DNA from: an uncultured Chromatiales bacterium
GTDB taxonomy: Bacteria > Pseudomonadota > Gammaproteobacteria > 21-64-14
Assembly: GCA_964487445.1 (NCBI GenBank)
Contig: CAZAQG010000001.1
Coordinates: 1 to 57,047, forward strand
Reading direction: 5' to 3'
DNA: 57,047 bases
Shown: in pieces, positions 41,701 to 51,056 of the stretch
How the letters are laid out: each line of letters starts with the position of its first letter
How positions within the stretch are numbered: position 1 is the stretch's first letter
Notes under the pieces: generated by a model
Databases searched by the model: none
Told to the model about the DNA's origin: nothing
What the model saw: the letters and a program-made list of their open reading frames with translations, nothing else
Translations under genes and position numbers: made by a program

Positions 41701-44700
41701 CCTCCTGGGAAAAGGTCTCGTAGAGGACGGGATCGGCGATCCGCGGCGCCGCCCCGGCCGCGGCATCCGGTTCCTCGCTTCCCGTGAGGTCTCCGGTATC
41801 GGGCGCCGTGGTCGGTTCGGGCGCCGTTCCTTCCTCCGACGGGGGTTGCGAATCGGCCTCCGGCGCGGAATCCGCCTCCGTATCCGACACGGGGGCGGCA
41901 TCGGCCGCCGAACCCCTATGCGCCTCCTCCTGCGCGGCACTCCCGCCGCGTGTCAGCGCCCCGGCGCGCTCCATCAGCGCCACCACCTCGATCGCCGTAC
42001 ACGCCTCCCCGCCGCGTAACTCCCCGATCAACTCCGGCAGCCGTTCGATCGCCTCCCCTACCACCCCGAACATCGCCTCGTCCGGCACCGCCGCCCCATC
42101 CAGCACCCGGTTCAGCAGCCCCTCCAGCGCCCACGCGAACTCCCCCACCCGCAGCGCCCCGCTCAAGCGCCCGCTGCCCTTCAACGTGTGGAACGAGCGC
42201 CGGATCGTCCCGACCACCTCCCGGTCCTGCGGCTGCGCCCGCCAGCGCGGCAACTGCTCGCGCAGCGACGCCAACTCTTCATCCGCCTCCTCGATAAAGA
42301 TCTCCAGAATCTCCGGGTCCACTTCCTCCGCCAGTACCGGCGGCAGTTCCACCACCCCGACTCCGTCGCCCGCGCGCTCGCCCACCGCCGGTGCTTCCGA
42401 CGCCCCGCCCGCCTCCGGCCCCACATCCGGGCCGGACTCCTCGTCCGGGTCGGACCCGACCCCGCCTTCCGAACCCTGCGTGGTATCCGCCGGCCCCGCA
42501 GCGGTCTCGCCGCGTGTCAGCGCCCCGGCGCGCTCCATCAGCGCCACCACCTCGATCGCCGTACACGCCTCCCCGCCGCGTAACTCCCCGATCAACTCCG
42601 GCAGCCGTTCGATCGCCTCCCCTACCACCCCGAACATCGCCTCGTCCGGCACCGCCGCCCCATCCAGCACCCGGTTCAGCAGCCCCTCCAGCGCCCACGC
42701 GAACTCCCCCACCCGCAGCGCCCCGCTCAAGCGCCCGCTGCCCTTCAACGTGTGGAACGAGCGCCGGATCGTCCCGACCACCTCCCGGTCCTGCGGCTGC
42801 GCCCGCCAGCGCGGCAACTGCTCGCGCAGCGACGCCAACTCTTCATCCGCCTCCTCGATAAAGATCTCCAGAATCTCCGGGTCCACTTCCTCCGCCAGTA
42901 CCGGCGGCAGTTCCACCACCCCGACTCCGTCGCCCGCGCGCTCGCCCACCGCCGGTGCTTCCGACGCCCCGCCCGCCTCCGGCCCCACATCCGGGCCGGA
43001 CTCCTCGTCCGGGGCGGACTCCTCGTCCGGGGCGGATCCCTCGTCCAGGGCGGACCCCTCGTCCAGGGCGGGCCCCTCGTCCAGGGCGGCCCCCTCGTCC
43101 AGGGCGGCCGCGGCACCGCCTTCCGAATCCCGCTCCGGCACGAGCGCCACCTCCGGCGACCACGCCGATCCCGGTTCGTACGCCGATTCCCGATCCGCTT
43201 CCTCCTGCCCCGCACCCTGATCCCGCTCATCTCCGGGGACCGCCGTATCCGGTGTCGCGACCTTCCCCATGGGAAATGTATGGACAGCCCGCGGCTGTTC
43301 ATCTTCTGGGATCGTCGCATCCGGTACCGCGGCCTCCGCCGGCTGGAGATCCGTGGTCGGCTGCACGCCGGCCGGCTCCTCCGGGGTGCGGGAATCGCTC
43401 TCCGCGACCGGCACGGGCTCTGGTCCGTCGCCACCCCCGTCCGCGGGATCCGGCGTCACACCAAGGCGGCGCAACCCGTCCTCCACCCGGTCCAGGATGG
43501 TCTCCTGGTCCCCGCGGCGCTCGACGACGGCCTCGAGGTAATACTCGATCCCGGCGATAACCTCCGCGAGCGCTTCCTGATCGGCCGTCCCGGGGATCCC
43601 CTCGCCGACCGCCAGTCCCGTGGCCACATAATCGGCCAGGACCTGTACAGACCCTGCGGCGCGCGACAGATTAAGGATCTGGAAGCTGCCCTTGAGTTCC
43701 GCGAGCAGCCGTGGAACCTCCGCGAACACCTCGCCGCCGGGGCCGGTCTCGGCATCGGTTCGGGGCGCCTGCAGGTAGGCGAGCACCGCTTCCTTGACCT
43801 GCGCGACGTCCTCGGCGGCCTCGCGCGCCATGGCCAGCATCAGGAGCCGGAACTCCGGATCGCTGATCCGACCCTGGTTGACGTGGAACGGCGCGCCGTC
43901 CGCCCCCGTCTCGTCTCCCGGCGCATCGACCTCCTCTCCGGCGCCGTCCCCGGCATCCCCGTCGGGCGCCTCGGCCCCCGAGGCCATTTGGTCGAGCGAT
44001 GCCTCCACCAGCAGGATGGCCTCGGCGATCTCGGTGAATTCCTCATCACCCGGATCGGTATCGCCCTCGGCGATCGCCTGGACGCGTTCCGCCTGCTCCT
44101 GAGCGGTCCGCCGCAACGTGCCCAAGCCCAGCATGCCAAAGGTGTCCGCCACCCGCCGCAGGGTCTCCGGTATCCGGGCCAAGTCCTCGGGATTGCGCGG
44201 CGCGCTGCGCACATAGAGGTCGAGACCGTCCTTGACGGTGGTAAGGTCTTCCTTGACCGCCTCGGAGACCGCGCGCAGGGAGTCGATTCCCGGGCCCATG
44301 ATCCCACCGCCGGCGAACGCCTCGCGCGGCAGGAGCCGTTCCAGATCGAATGCGTCCTTCAACGCCCGCACCCGCTCGCCCCCGTCCGTGGCGCGCGCGA
44401 CGTAGTAGAGGAGATTGCGCAACAGGTCCGGCTGCAATTCCGCGACGAGGCCCGCCTCGCCGGCGTCGATCAGTCGCTTGATCCGGCGATCCACCTGCCC
44501 GAGCAGCAGCTTCACCGAGACGCTCGCCTCGAGCGCGCCCGCGCGCAGGGCTTCCACCAGACCGGCGCTGACCCACCACAGCCGGCGCACCGGCTCGAGC
44601 TGCGTGACTTGGTCGAGGTGCTCGATGACCGCCAGGATCCGATCGAGACCGCCCTCGGGATCGCTCCCCCGGTACCAGCCGAGCAGCCCGAGCTGCAGGT

Positions 44701-45226
44701 CGTGACGCAGACGGCACAGCAGCCGGTGCAACTCACCGGAGTCGCGCGCGAACGCCTCGCGCTCGCGCGGAGGCGGCACCGGCACCGTGAGATCGGGGTT
44801 GAACAGCGCGCTCTCCGAGAGCAGCGGCTCCCCGCGCAGGGCGCGCACGTCGTTGAGCAACGGCAACAGGACGATGGGCACGTCCGGGTGTCCGGCCTGC
44901 ACGTGGTCGAGGTAGTCGGGCAGTTGCAGGATGCCGCGCATGAGGACCTCGTAGGCCTCCCCCCTGCGCTCCACGGTCTCGTCCAGGAGCGCGCGGCCGA
45001 GTCCCTCGAGTTCCTCGGCGAGCAGTGCGGCGCCGTCCACCTCGACCATCTGCAGCGTTCCGCGCGCCTGATGCAGGTAGGTCGCGCAAAACTGCAACTG
45101 CGAGGCGTCGCTGGTATTCTCGACGAACGCCTCCAGCGCGAGACGCGACTGGCGGATCGTCTCGTCGAGTTCCTTCTTCACCCAGTTCAGGGCGCTGTAG
45201 TCCAGTCCTTCGTTGCGCGGCATCAT
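38738..45226 (-). CDS. chpA: Multi-Hpt hybrid histidine kinase ChpA (CheA family: Hpt x several, dimerisation, HATPase, CheW, REC)
   Basis: 2162 aa. Hpt motifs are YLHQARGTLQM, SFHTLKGSGRLSGA (x2), AFHTLYGSAHMAG and ELHTLKGGARMADI. The ATPase region contains HMLRNAISHGIE...GRGVGMDVV. A CheW domain and the C-terminal REC VMVVDDSITVRK...DIEMPRMDG follow. Confidence 0.93.
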   Translation of the reverse strand: MMPRNEGLDYSALNWVKKELDETIRQSRLALEAFVENTSDASQLQFCATYLHQARGTLQMVEVDGAALLAEELEGLGRALLDETVERRGEAYEVLMRGILQLPDYLDHVQAGHPDVPIVLLPLLNDVRALRGEPLLSESALFNPDLTVPVPPPREREAFARDSGELHRLLCRLRHDLQLGLLGWYRGSDPEGGLDRILAVIEHLDQVTQLEPVRRLWWVSAGLVEALRAGALEASVSVKLLLGQVDRRIKRLIDAGEAGLVAELQPDLLRNLLYYVARATDGGERVRALKDAFDLERLLPREAFAGGGIMGPGIDSLRAVSEAVKEDLTTVKDGLDLYVRSAPRNPEDLARIPETLRRVADTFGMLGLGTLRRTAQEQAERVQAIAEGDTDPGDEEFTEIAEAILLVEASLDQMASGAEAPDGDAGDGAGEEVDAPGDETGADGAPFHVNQGRISDPEFRLLMLAMAREAAEDVAQVKEAVLAYLQAPRTDAETGPGGEVFAEVPRLLAELKGSFQILNLSRAAGSVQVLADYVATGLAVGEGIPGTADQEALAEVIAGIEYYLEAVVERRGDQETILDRVEDGLRRLGVTPDPADGGGDGPEPVPVAESDSRTPEEPAGVQPTTDLQPAEAAVPDATIPEDEQPRAVHTFPMGKVATPDTAVPGDERDQGAGQEEADRESAYEPGSAWSPEVALVPERDSEGGAAAALDEGAALDEGPALDEGSALDEGSAPDEESAPDEESGPDVGPEAGGASEAPAVGERAGDGVGVVELPPVLAEEVDPEILEIFIEEADEELASLREQLPRWRAQPQDREVVGTIRRSFHTLKGSGRLSGALRVGEFAWALEGLLNRVLDGAAVPDEAMFGVVGEAIERLPELIGELRGGEACTAIEVVALMERAGALTRGETAAGPADTTQGSEGGVGSDPDEESGPDVGPEAGGASEAPAVGERAGDGVGVVELPPVLAEEVDPEILEIFIEEADEELASLREQLPRWRAQPQDREVVGTIRRSFHTLKGSGRLSGALRVGEFAWALEGLLNRVLDGAAVPDEAMFGVVGEAIERLPELIGELRGGEACTAIEVVALMERAGALTRGGSAAQEEAHRGSAADAAPVSDTEADSAPEADSQPPSEEGTAPEPTTAPDTGDLTGSEEPDAAAGAAPRIADPVLYETFSQEVHDHLTSVDDFVARCDGQEESGCRITEELIRAFHTLYGSAHMAGVPEIAEVAGALEKLAQLPAVAGAAYDLALAPLFSDAAALMRAQLATLAQPGTAMPDHGPLLERIERVVEAHLSRIGGLTGPDDAIEFETGTDEGPKAEPVPGPAPEENPIEPSAAAPAPRAEPVTETRDELSDELAEIFLEEAEELLEAADETLDAWEQHPEEIRRVTELQRELHTLKGGARMADIGAIADLSHAMESLLSAAIDGHVEASRDLFQTLHVTLDQFHIMHEALRDGAVPAPAPDLVAELEAARTGRGVSSASAAATDDPAPTLAAQSAGDSDEPPPEADEGSVAAPSAAGVEKKTEAEGLGEGSGGPAPAVQPALRIERRGAPRVQSETVRVKADLLDNLVNYAGEISIYRSRMEQQTAAIRFNLVEFDQTVARLREQLRRLEIETEAQILYRHEAEAESQEDFDPLELDRYSHVQQLSRGLAESVSDLVSIQGLLEHLSRESETLLLQQSRVNTEMQEGLMHTRMVPFAGLIPRLRRIVRQTCTPLGKRAELKVEGAEGEMDRAVLDRLVAPMEHMLRNAISHGIETPEVRRVAGKPETGTVLLGLSREGSEVVIRVSDDGAGIDLDVIRRKAVERGMLAADAKVSDHNVMQFILESGFSTARTLTQISGRGVGMDVVNSEIKQLGGQFEIDSHVGRGTTFIIRLPFTLAVTQALLVQVGEDLYAIPLSSVEGIVRLGYDEVSCHLGEETPVLEYAGQPYRLAHLGALLGISTMPALTDRKVPVLLVRSGGHQSALLVDRLLGSREIVVKSVGPQLSTVRGISGATILGDGRVVLIVDAGALVRLSAALLGAPPVKVEPEPEPSGRVTVMVVDDSITVRKVTARLLERNGMDVLTAKDGVDAVALLQEHVPDIMLLDIEMPRMDGFELATHMRNESRLREIPIIMITSRTGEKHREHALRLGVNRYLGKPYQEGELIENLHALLNERAGHGGP
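41944..43013. repeat. Perfect 506-bp tandem direct duplication (period 564 bp) inside chpA
   Basis: 41944-42449 equals 42508-43013 on base-by-base reading, with a unique 58-bp joint at 42450-42507. Each copy encodes one complete Hpt domain. Confidence 0.85.
42995..43102. repeat. Six tandem 18-bp coding units in a chpA acidic linker
   Basis: G(C/G)CGGACTCCTCGTCCGG-type units encoding (S/A)APDEE / ALDEG hexapeptides (AALDEGPALDEGSALDEGSAPDEESAPDEES). Confidence 0.85.
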
Positions 45227-45237
45227 GCGCTGATTCC

Positions 45238-46140
45238 TTATCCGTTATGTTCGGCGTCGTCGCACCGCCGGTAGGCCAGGGTGTCGGGATAGACGACCCG
45301 TTCCATTCCGGGGTGGCGCCAGGCGAGCAGGTCGCCCGGCGCGAGTACCAGACCGCCGCCGGGGCGCAGATGGTCGGCCAACCGCTCCACCAGTTCCATA
45401 CGCCGCGTGCGATCCAGGTAGATCAACACGTTCTGGCACAGGATCAGATCCATCTTCGGGAGCGGCGAACACGCGAGGTCGAGCACGTTCATGTATGCGA
45501 AGCACACACGACGGCGAAGCGCGTCGCGGACCTGCGATCGCTGGTCGTCGAGGCGATCGAAGTAGCGCGCGCGCAGGGCGGGAGGTACGTCCTTGAGCCG
45601 CGCCGCCCCGTAGACCCCGAGCCGCCCGACGCCGAGGGCGGCATAGCTGATGTCGGTGGCGGTCACTCCGAAGTAATACTCACCGCCCAGACCGCTGAGG
45701 TGCTCGTCGATCAGCATCGCGAGGCCGTAGGGCTCCTCCCCGGTGGCGCAGCCGATGCTCCAGGCGTTGTATGAGTGCGGTCCCGGACCGGCCGCTCCCT
45801 CGACCGGAAGAAACCGTTCGCGGATGAGCCGAAAGCTGGGCGGGTGACGAAAGAAGCGCGTCTCGTGCACCGTGAGCCGATCGAGCAGCACCGCCCACTC
45901 CACCGCCCCGTAATGGCCCGCCAGAAGAAACTCGTGGTACTCCTGAAGATCGTCGCAGCCGATCTCGCGCATACGCAACGCAATGCTGGTCGCCAGGAAC
46001 GACTTGCGCTCCGGCGGCACGACGATGCCGGTACGCTCCTCCAGCAGTTGCGCCCACTGCCGGAACTGCCCGTCGGTCATCTCGGGCAGGGAACCGGGAC
46101 GTGGAGACCCGCTGAACCGCACGTTTTCACTCGCCGCCAT
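45238..46140 (-). CDS. pilK: CheR-type chemoreceptor methyltransferase PilK
   Basis: TRFFRHP, WSIGCATGEEPYGLA and ILCQNVLIYLD motifs. ATG at 46140; a GTG at 46143 is the track start. Confidence 0.87.
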   Translation of the reverse strand: MAASENVRFSGSPRPGSLPEMTDGQFRQWAQLLEERTGIVVPPERKSFLATSIALRMREIGCDDLQEYHEFLLAGHYGAVEWAVLLDRLTVHETRFFRHPPSFRLIRERFLPVEGAAGPGPHSYNAWSIGCATGEEPYGLAMLIDEHLSGLGGEYYFGVTATDISYAALGVGRLGVYGAARLKDVPPALRARYFDRLDDQRSQVRDALRRRVCFAYMNVLDLACSPLPKMDLILCQNVLIYLDRTRRMELVERLADHLRPGGGLVLAPGDLLAWRHPGMERVVYPDTLAYRRCDDAEHNG

Positions 46141-46160
46141 CACCGATCGGCACCTGTTCC

Positions 46161-48215
46161 TTACTCCGGAAGCTTGAAGCCGGCGACCGACTTGCGTAAC
46201 TCGTTGGCGAGGTCGGCCAAGTTGCCGATCGAGGTCGCCGTCTCGTTCGTGCCGGTCGCGGTCTGGGTCGTGATATCCAGGATCGAGTTCATCGTGTCGG
46301 AGATGTTGACCGATGCCTGGGCCTGTTGGCGCGCCGCATCCGAGATGTTCTGAATGAGATCCGCCAGCTGATCGGACACGCTCTCGATCTCGGCCAGGGC
46401 CTCGCCCGCGCTCTCGGCGAGCCTCGCCCCGCTGACCACGCCCGAGGTGCTGTCCTCCATGGAGATCACCGCCTCGTTGGTGTCGGTCTGAATGGTCTTC
46501 ACCAGCGCCTCGATCTGCTTGGTGGCGTTGCCCGAACGCTCCGCGAGGCGCTGCACCTCGTCGGCGACGACCGCGAAACCGCGGCCCGCCTCGCCGGCCA
46601 TGGCCGCCTGGATGGCGGCGTTCAGCGCCAGGATGTTGGTCTGGTCGGCGATGTCGTTGATCAATTCGACGATGTCGCCGATCTCCTGGGAACTCTCACC
46701 CAGGCGTTTGATACGCTTGGAGGTCTCCTGGATCTGCTCGCGAATGGTGTCCATGCCCTGGATGGTGCGCCGTACCGCCTCGGCGCCGTTGTGGGCGATG
46801 CGCACCGACTGCTGCGCCACCCCGGCCGACTCGGATGCGTTGCGCGAGACGTGCTCGATGGAAGCGGTCATCTCGTTGACCGCCGAGCTGGCCCCGGTGA
46901 TCTGCTGCGCCTGGCGATCGCTGGCCTCGGCCAGGTGCATGGCCGTCGCCTGCGTCTCCTGCGCCGCCGAGGAGACCTGCACGGTGGTCTCGTTGATAGT
47001 GCTGACCAGGCCGCGCATGGCATCCACGGCGTAGTTGATGGAATCGGCGATCGCGCCGGTCATGTCCTCGGTAACCGTGGCATGGACCGTGAGATCCCCG
47101 TCGGCCAGCGTGCTCAGTTCATCGAGCAGACGCAGGATGGCCTGCTGATTGCGCTCGTTCCGGGTCGCTTCCTCCTTGTACTGGCGTGTGGCGGCCTTCT
47201 TCAGCTCCCAGCCGAGGACACCGAGCATGATCAGCGCGATCCCGCCCAGTTCAAAGGGCAGTTCGCTCGAGATCACACGCTTGCGGGGCGCCAGATCGTA
47301 GGCCGCGACGAGGCGGTCGGCGAGCGTCGACATCCGGGTCGCCTGCGCGGCCGCGCGAGCGGAGGCCTCGCGGATCCGGAACAATTTCGAGGTCCGGGCG
47401 AGTGCGCCCGAGAGTTCGCGGTTGAGTCCATCGGTGAGCTTCACCGCCCGCAGCAGGTCGGCCCGTGCGGTCCGATCGATGATCGGCTTGATCTTCAGCC
47501 CGCGGTCGCCGTCGAGCAGCGCCTGCTGGACGCGGTTGAAGCGGGTGATATCGCGCCCGAACCGGTCCGCGGCCTGCGCACCGGCCTGGCCGCCCCGGAA
47601 GATCTTGCGCAGGTTGTTCTGCATCCGCTCGAGCAGCGCCGACTGGCGGCTGGCCACGACCACCAGCGCATTGCCGGCCTTGGTGGAGCGCACCGTCCGA
47701 TCGACGAGCCGCTCATATCCGATCCAGACGAGCTGCTGATAGATTGCGGAAATCTTGGGAATGGTCTGATCCACCCGCTTGAGGGACCGGTCGACGGAGG
47801 TGACCGTGATCCCGCCGGCGAGAATGGCATTCACGTTTTTGCGCACCGAGCCCCAGGTGGTGGACAGCCGGCCGAGGGCCGGGCGTACGCTCGCCGGCGG
47901 CAACCCGGTATCGGGATCGCCGTTTCGCAGGCGGTCGAGGTTGCGCTGGAACCGATCGCGGTCCACGCGCAACTGCGCCATGGCGTCGGACTGGCCGCGG
48001 GCGGCCTCCAGGGACTCGATCGCGATGCGCTGGGCCAGGCCCCGTTCCTGATGCACCAGGTCGACGGCCATCTGATCGAGGCCGTTCTGGCGGATCGTAT
48101 ACACGATCGACGCCGCCATGGCGGCGAACAGAACGACCACCAGGGCGATCAGATAGACCAGGGACTTGCTCGCACCCAGCCGTCCGAAATAGTCGCCGCT
48201 TCGTGCCTTCATCAT
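46161..48215 (-). CDS. pilJ: Methyl-accepting chemotaxis protein PilJ
   Basis: 684 aa with two TM segments, a periplasmic domain, a HAMP domain, and the highly conserved signalling hairpin [51 protein letters not shown]. Confidence 0.92.
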   Translation of the reverse strand: MMKARSGDYFGRLGASKSLVYLIALVVVLFAAMAASIVYTIRQNGLDQMAVDLVHQERGLAQRIAIESLEAARGQSDAMAQLRVDRDRFQRNLDRLRNGDPDTGLPPASVRPALGRLSTTWGSVRKNVNAILAGGITVTSVDRSLKRVDQTIPKISAIYQQLVWIGYERLVDRTVRSTKAGNALVVVASRQSALLERMQNNLRKIFRGGQAGAQAADRFGRDITRFNRVQQALLDGDRGLKIKPIIDRTARADLLRAVKLTDGLNRELSGALARTSKLFRIREASARAAAQATRMSTLADRLVAAYDLAPRKRVISSELPFELGGIALIMLGVLGWELKKAATRQYKEEATRNERNQQAILRLLDELSTLADGDLTVHATVTEDMTGAIADSINYAVDAMRGLVSTINETTVQVSSAAQETQATAMHLAEASDRQAQQITGASSAVNEMTASIEHVSRNASESAGVAQQSVRIAHNGAEAVRRTIQGMDTIREQIQETSKRIKRLGESSQEIGDIVELINDIADQTNILALNAAIQAAMAGEAGRGFAVVADEVQRLAERSGNATKQIEALVKTIQTDTNEAVISMEDSTSGVVSGARLAESAGEALAEIESVSDQLADLIQNISDAARQQAQASVNISDTMNSILDITTQTATGTNETATSIGNLADLANELRKSVAGFKLPE

Positions 48216-48300
48216 TGCTCTCCTTTAAGATCCCCCGATGCCGTCGGCCGACGCCGGGTCTACGCAACCCCCGTACCGGAAACCGCACCGCACCCCGGAC

Positions 48301-48864
48301 TCATACCGCCACCTGCAGGAACCGCGGGCTCTCCGCCAGCGCGTACAGACTGAAGATCGCCCAGTGTTCACCGCCCTTGCGGAACGCGTAGGTGACATAG
48401 GGAAGCACCCCCTCGTCCACATCGGGCAGGGTGCCGGTCCGCTCCTCTTCCAGGAAATGTCGGATCCCAAACACCTCGTCCACCAGGAGTCCCGCGAGCA
48501 CTCCGTCGTGATGCACCACCAACGCGCGGGTGGCGCGATCGGGGGGCGTGCGACCGCGCCCCAGGTAACCCTGCAGATCCATGATCGGCAGCAGGTTGCC
48601 GCGCACGTTCGCGATCCCCTTCACCCAGGGCTTGGCCATCGGGACCCGGGACAGTGCCGGGTAGGTCAGGATCTCGGACACCTCGGACAGCGGCGCCACC
48701 AGGGTCTCCGCCCCGAGCCGGAAGCCGATACCGGTCCAGATCCCCTTGACCTCCGTCTGACGCGGCAGACCCGCGGCATGCGCGCGGCTGCGCCGCTCGA
48801 TCTCGACCAGCAACGCAAACGGATCGCCGGGGCAATGGTCTTCTGGGAGCGTTCCCTGCCGCAT
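48301..48864 (-). CDS. pilI: CheW-like protein PilI
   Basis: 187 aa of CheW fold (VAPLSEVSEILTYPALSRVPMAKPWVKGIANVRGNLLPIMDL). Confidence 0.85.
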   Translation of the reverse strand: MRQGTLPEDHCPGDPFALLVEIERRSRAHAAGLPRQTEVKGIWTGIGFRLGAETLVAPLSEVSEILTYPALSRVPMAKPWVKGIANVRGNLLPIMDLQGYLGRGRTPPDRATRALVVHHDGVLAGLLVDEVFGIRHFLEEERTGTLPDVDEGVLPYVTYAFRKGGEHWAIFSLYALAESPRFLQVAV

Positions 48865-48868
48865 GGTT

Positions 48869-49234
48869 CTATGCGCCCAATACGGTCTTGATCTTGCTGA
48901 GCAGTTCCTGTTCGGTCACCGGCTTGGTGATGTATTCCCTGGCCCCCTGGCGCAGCCCCCACATCTTGTCGGTCTCCTGATCCTTGGTGCTGACGATGAT
49001 CACCGGGATCGCCGAGGTACCCGGGTCCTTGCTGAGCTGGCGGGTCGCCTGGAAGCCGTTCAGGCCGGGCATGACGATATCCATGAGGATCACGTCCGGT
49101 TTCTCGGCCTGCGCCTTGGCGATGCCGTCTTCGCCGTCGGTCGCGGACGAGGCCTGGAAGCCGTTCTTCTCGAGCATGGTCTTGAGGACGTGCACCTCGG
49201 TGGGCGAATCATCCACGATCAAAACATGTGCCAT
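48869..49234 (-). CDS. pilH: Single-domain response regulator PilH
   Basis: 121 aa with VLIVDDSPTE, ILMDIVMPGLNG and YITKP. ATG at 49234. Confidence 0.92.
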   Translation of the reverse strand: MAHVLIVDDSPTEVHVLKTMLEKNGFQASSATDGEDGIAKAQAEKPDVILMDIVMPGLNGFQATRQLSKDPGTSAIPVIIVSTKDQETDKMWGLRQGAREYITKPVTEQELLSKIKTVLGA

Positions 49235-49316
49235 CGCTAGATCTCCTGTTGAAATCCCAACCAACCCCTGTTCCGCCCACCACTCCCTACGCCGTTGTCC
49301 GCTCGCGCGCCGCCGC

Positions 49317-49754
49317 TCAGGCGGGCTCCCGAACCACGTAGTCACGAATCGCCTGCAGCAGTTCTTCCCGGGTGAAGGGCTTGGTCAGGTACTGCTCCGA
49401 ACCCACGATGCGCCCCCGGGCGCGGTCGAACAGGCCGTCCTTGCTCGATAACATGATCACCGGCGTCGACCTGAACACCTGGTTGTGCTTGATGAGTGCG
49501 CAGGTCTGGTACCCGTCCAGCCTCGGCATCATGATATCGACGAAGATGATGTCCGGGCGCTGGTCGGCGATCTTGGCAAGCGCCTCGAATCCGTCGGTCG
49601 CCGTGATCACCTCGCAACCCTCCTTCTTGAGAAGGGTCTCCGCGGTGCGGCGAATCGTCTTGCTGTCGTCGATGACCATCACCTTGAATCCTGCAAGGGC
49701 GTGCGCCGTCACTTCGCCTCCCGCCACGGTGTGCTCCTGTCCAAGTATGCTCAT
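49317..49754 (-). CDS. pilG: Single-domain response regulator PilG
   Basis: KVMVIDDSKTIRRTAETLLKKEGCEVITATDGFEALAKIAD...FVDIMMPRLDGYQTCALIK is near-identical in pattern to Pseudomonas PilG. The start is uncertain (49754 or 49793). Confidence 0.9.
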   Translation of the reverse strand: MSILGQEHTVAGGEVTAHALAGFKVMVIDDSKTIRRTAETLLKKEGCEVITATDGFEALAKIADQRPDIIFVDIMMPRLDGYQTCALIKHNQVFRSTPVIMLSSKDGLFDRARGRIVGSEQYLTKPFTREELLQAIRDYVVREPA

Positions 49755-50108
49755 GCCGTCGCCCCGCTCCGCCCCGGATGCCCTCGAATTCATTCCTTCC
49801 ACCGCCCCGGTGCCGCAACGGGAATCGGATCGGGGCCGGATCCGGATCGACCCGTTTCGTTGCGCCACCGGATTGCGCTATTATGATGGATACGGTCGGC
49901 CGGCCCTCACGGCCCCTATCGGCGTGGTTTCACGAAACTTTATCCGATGACTCCGCCCCCCCCGAACCGCCCGCCGATGCACGCCCCGCCCCGCCCTGCG
50001 CGCCGCCGGGTCCGGCCGACGACGACCGGACCCGCCTCCTGTTGCGTATCGGCGTGCCCCGGCGGGAGCTTGAACCCACGCCGTGCACCCGGCCGGGAGG
50101 CGACCTGA

Positions 50109-51056
50109 ATGGCGGTGCGGCTCGGGGTGGTGATGGACCCGATCGGGTCCATCAAACCCGCCAAAGACAGTACCCTGGCGATGCTCCTGGCGGCCGCGGC
50201 GCGCGGCTGGGAACTGCACTACCTCGAACCGGGAGACCTGTTCGTGCGCGACGGGCACGCCTTCGGGCGGGCCCGGGCGTTGCGAGTGTTCGACGACCCC
50301 GGCCGCTGGTACGAGTTGGGGGAGCGTCGCACGCTGGCCCTCGCCGAGTTGCAGGTGATCCTGATGCGCAAGGACCCGCCGCTCGACATGGAGTACCTCT
50401 ACACCACGCAGATCCTGGAACGCGCCGAATACGAAGGGTGCCTGGTGGTCAACCGGCCGGCGGGCCTGCGCGACGTCAACGAGAAGCTCTACACGGTATG
50501 GTTCCCCGAGTGCTGCCCGCCCACGCTCGTGACCCGCGACCCGGACCAGGTTCGGGAGTTTCTCGACGAAATGGGCGAGATCATCATCAAGCCGCTGCAC
50601 GCCATGGGCGGCGCCTCCGTGTTTCGGGTGCGGCTCGGCGACCCCAATACCGGGGTGATCCTCGAAACCATGCTGGAGTACGGACACCGGTTCGCGATCG
50701 TGCAACGCTTTCTCCCCGAGATCCTGCAAGGGGACAAGCGCATTCTCCTGGTGGACGGGGAACCCGTACCCTACGCACTGGCCCGAATCCCGGCGCCGGG
50801 GGAATTCCGCGGCAACCTCGCGGTCGGCGGTCACGGCGAGGGGGTGGCCCTCTCGGCGCGCGAGCGCTGGATCTGTAAACGCGTCGGGCCGACGCTGCGT
50901 GAGAAGGGCCTGCTGTTCGTCGGGCTCGACGTCATCGGCGACTACCTCACGGAAATCAACGTGACGAGCCCGACCTGCATCCGGGAACTCGACGCCCGGT
51001 ACGGCCTGGACATCGCCGGCTCGTTGCTCGACCGGATCGAGGCGCGGCTCGGATGA
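50109..51056 (+). CDS. gshB: Glutathione synthetase
   Basis: LGVVMDPIGSIKPAKDST N-terminus and an ATP-grasp domain. Divergent from pilG as in Pseudomonas. Confidence 0.95.
   Translation: MAVRLGVVMDPIGSIKPAKDSTLAMLLAAAARGWELHYLEPGDLFVRDGHAFGRARALRVFDDPGRWYELGERRTLALAELQVILMRKDPPLDMEYLYTTQILERAEYEGCLVVNRPAGLRDVNEKLYTVWFPECCPPTLVTRDPDQVREFLDEMGEIIIKPLHAMGGASVFRVRLGDPNTGVILETMLEYGHRFAIVQRFLPEILQGDKRILLVDGEPVPYALARIPAPGEFRGNLAVGGHGEGVALSARERWICKRVGPTLREKGLLFVGLDVIGDYLTEINVTSPTCIRELDARYGLDIAGSLLDRIEARLG

Noticed and set aside
41944-43102. CRISPR-like appearance of regularly spaced repeats.
   Set aside because: The repeats are in-frame coding sequence of chpA. The large repeat has a single 58-bp joint and the small ones have no spacers. 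No cas genes are present.
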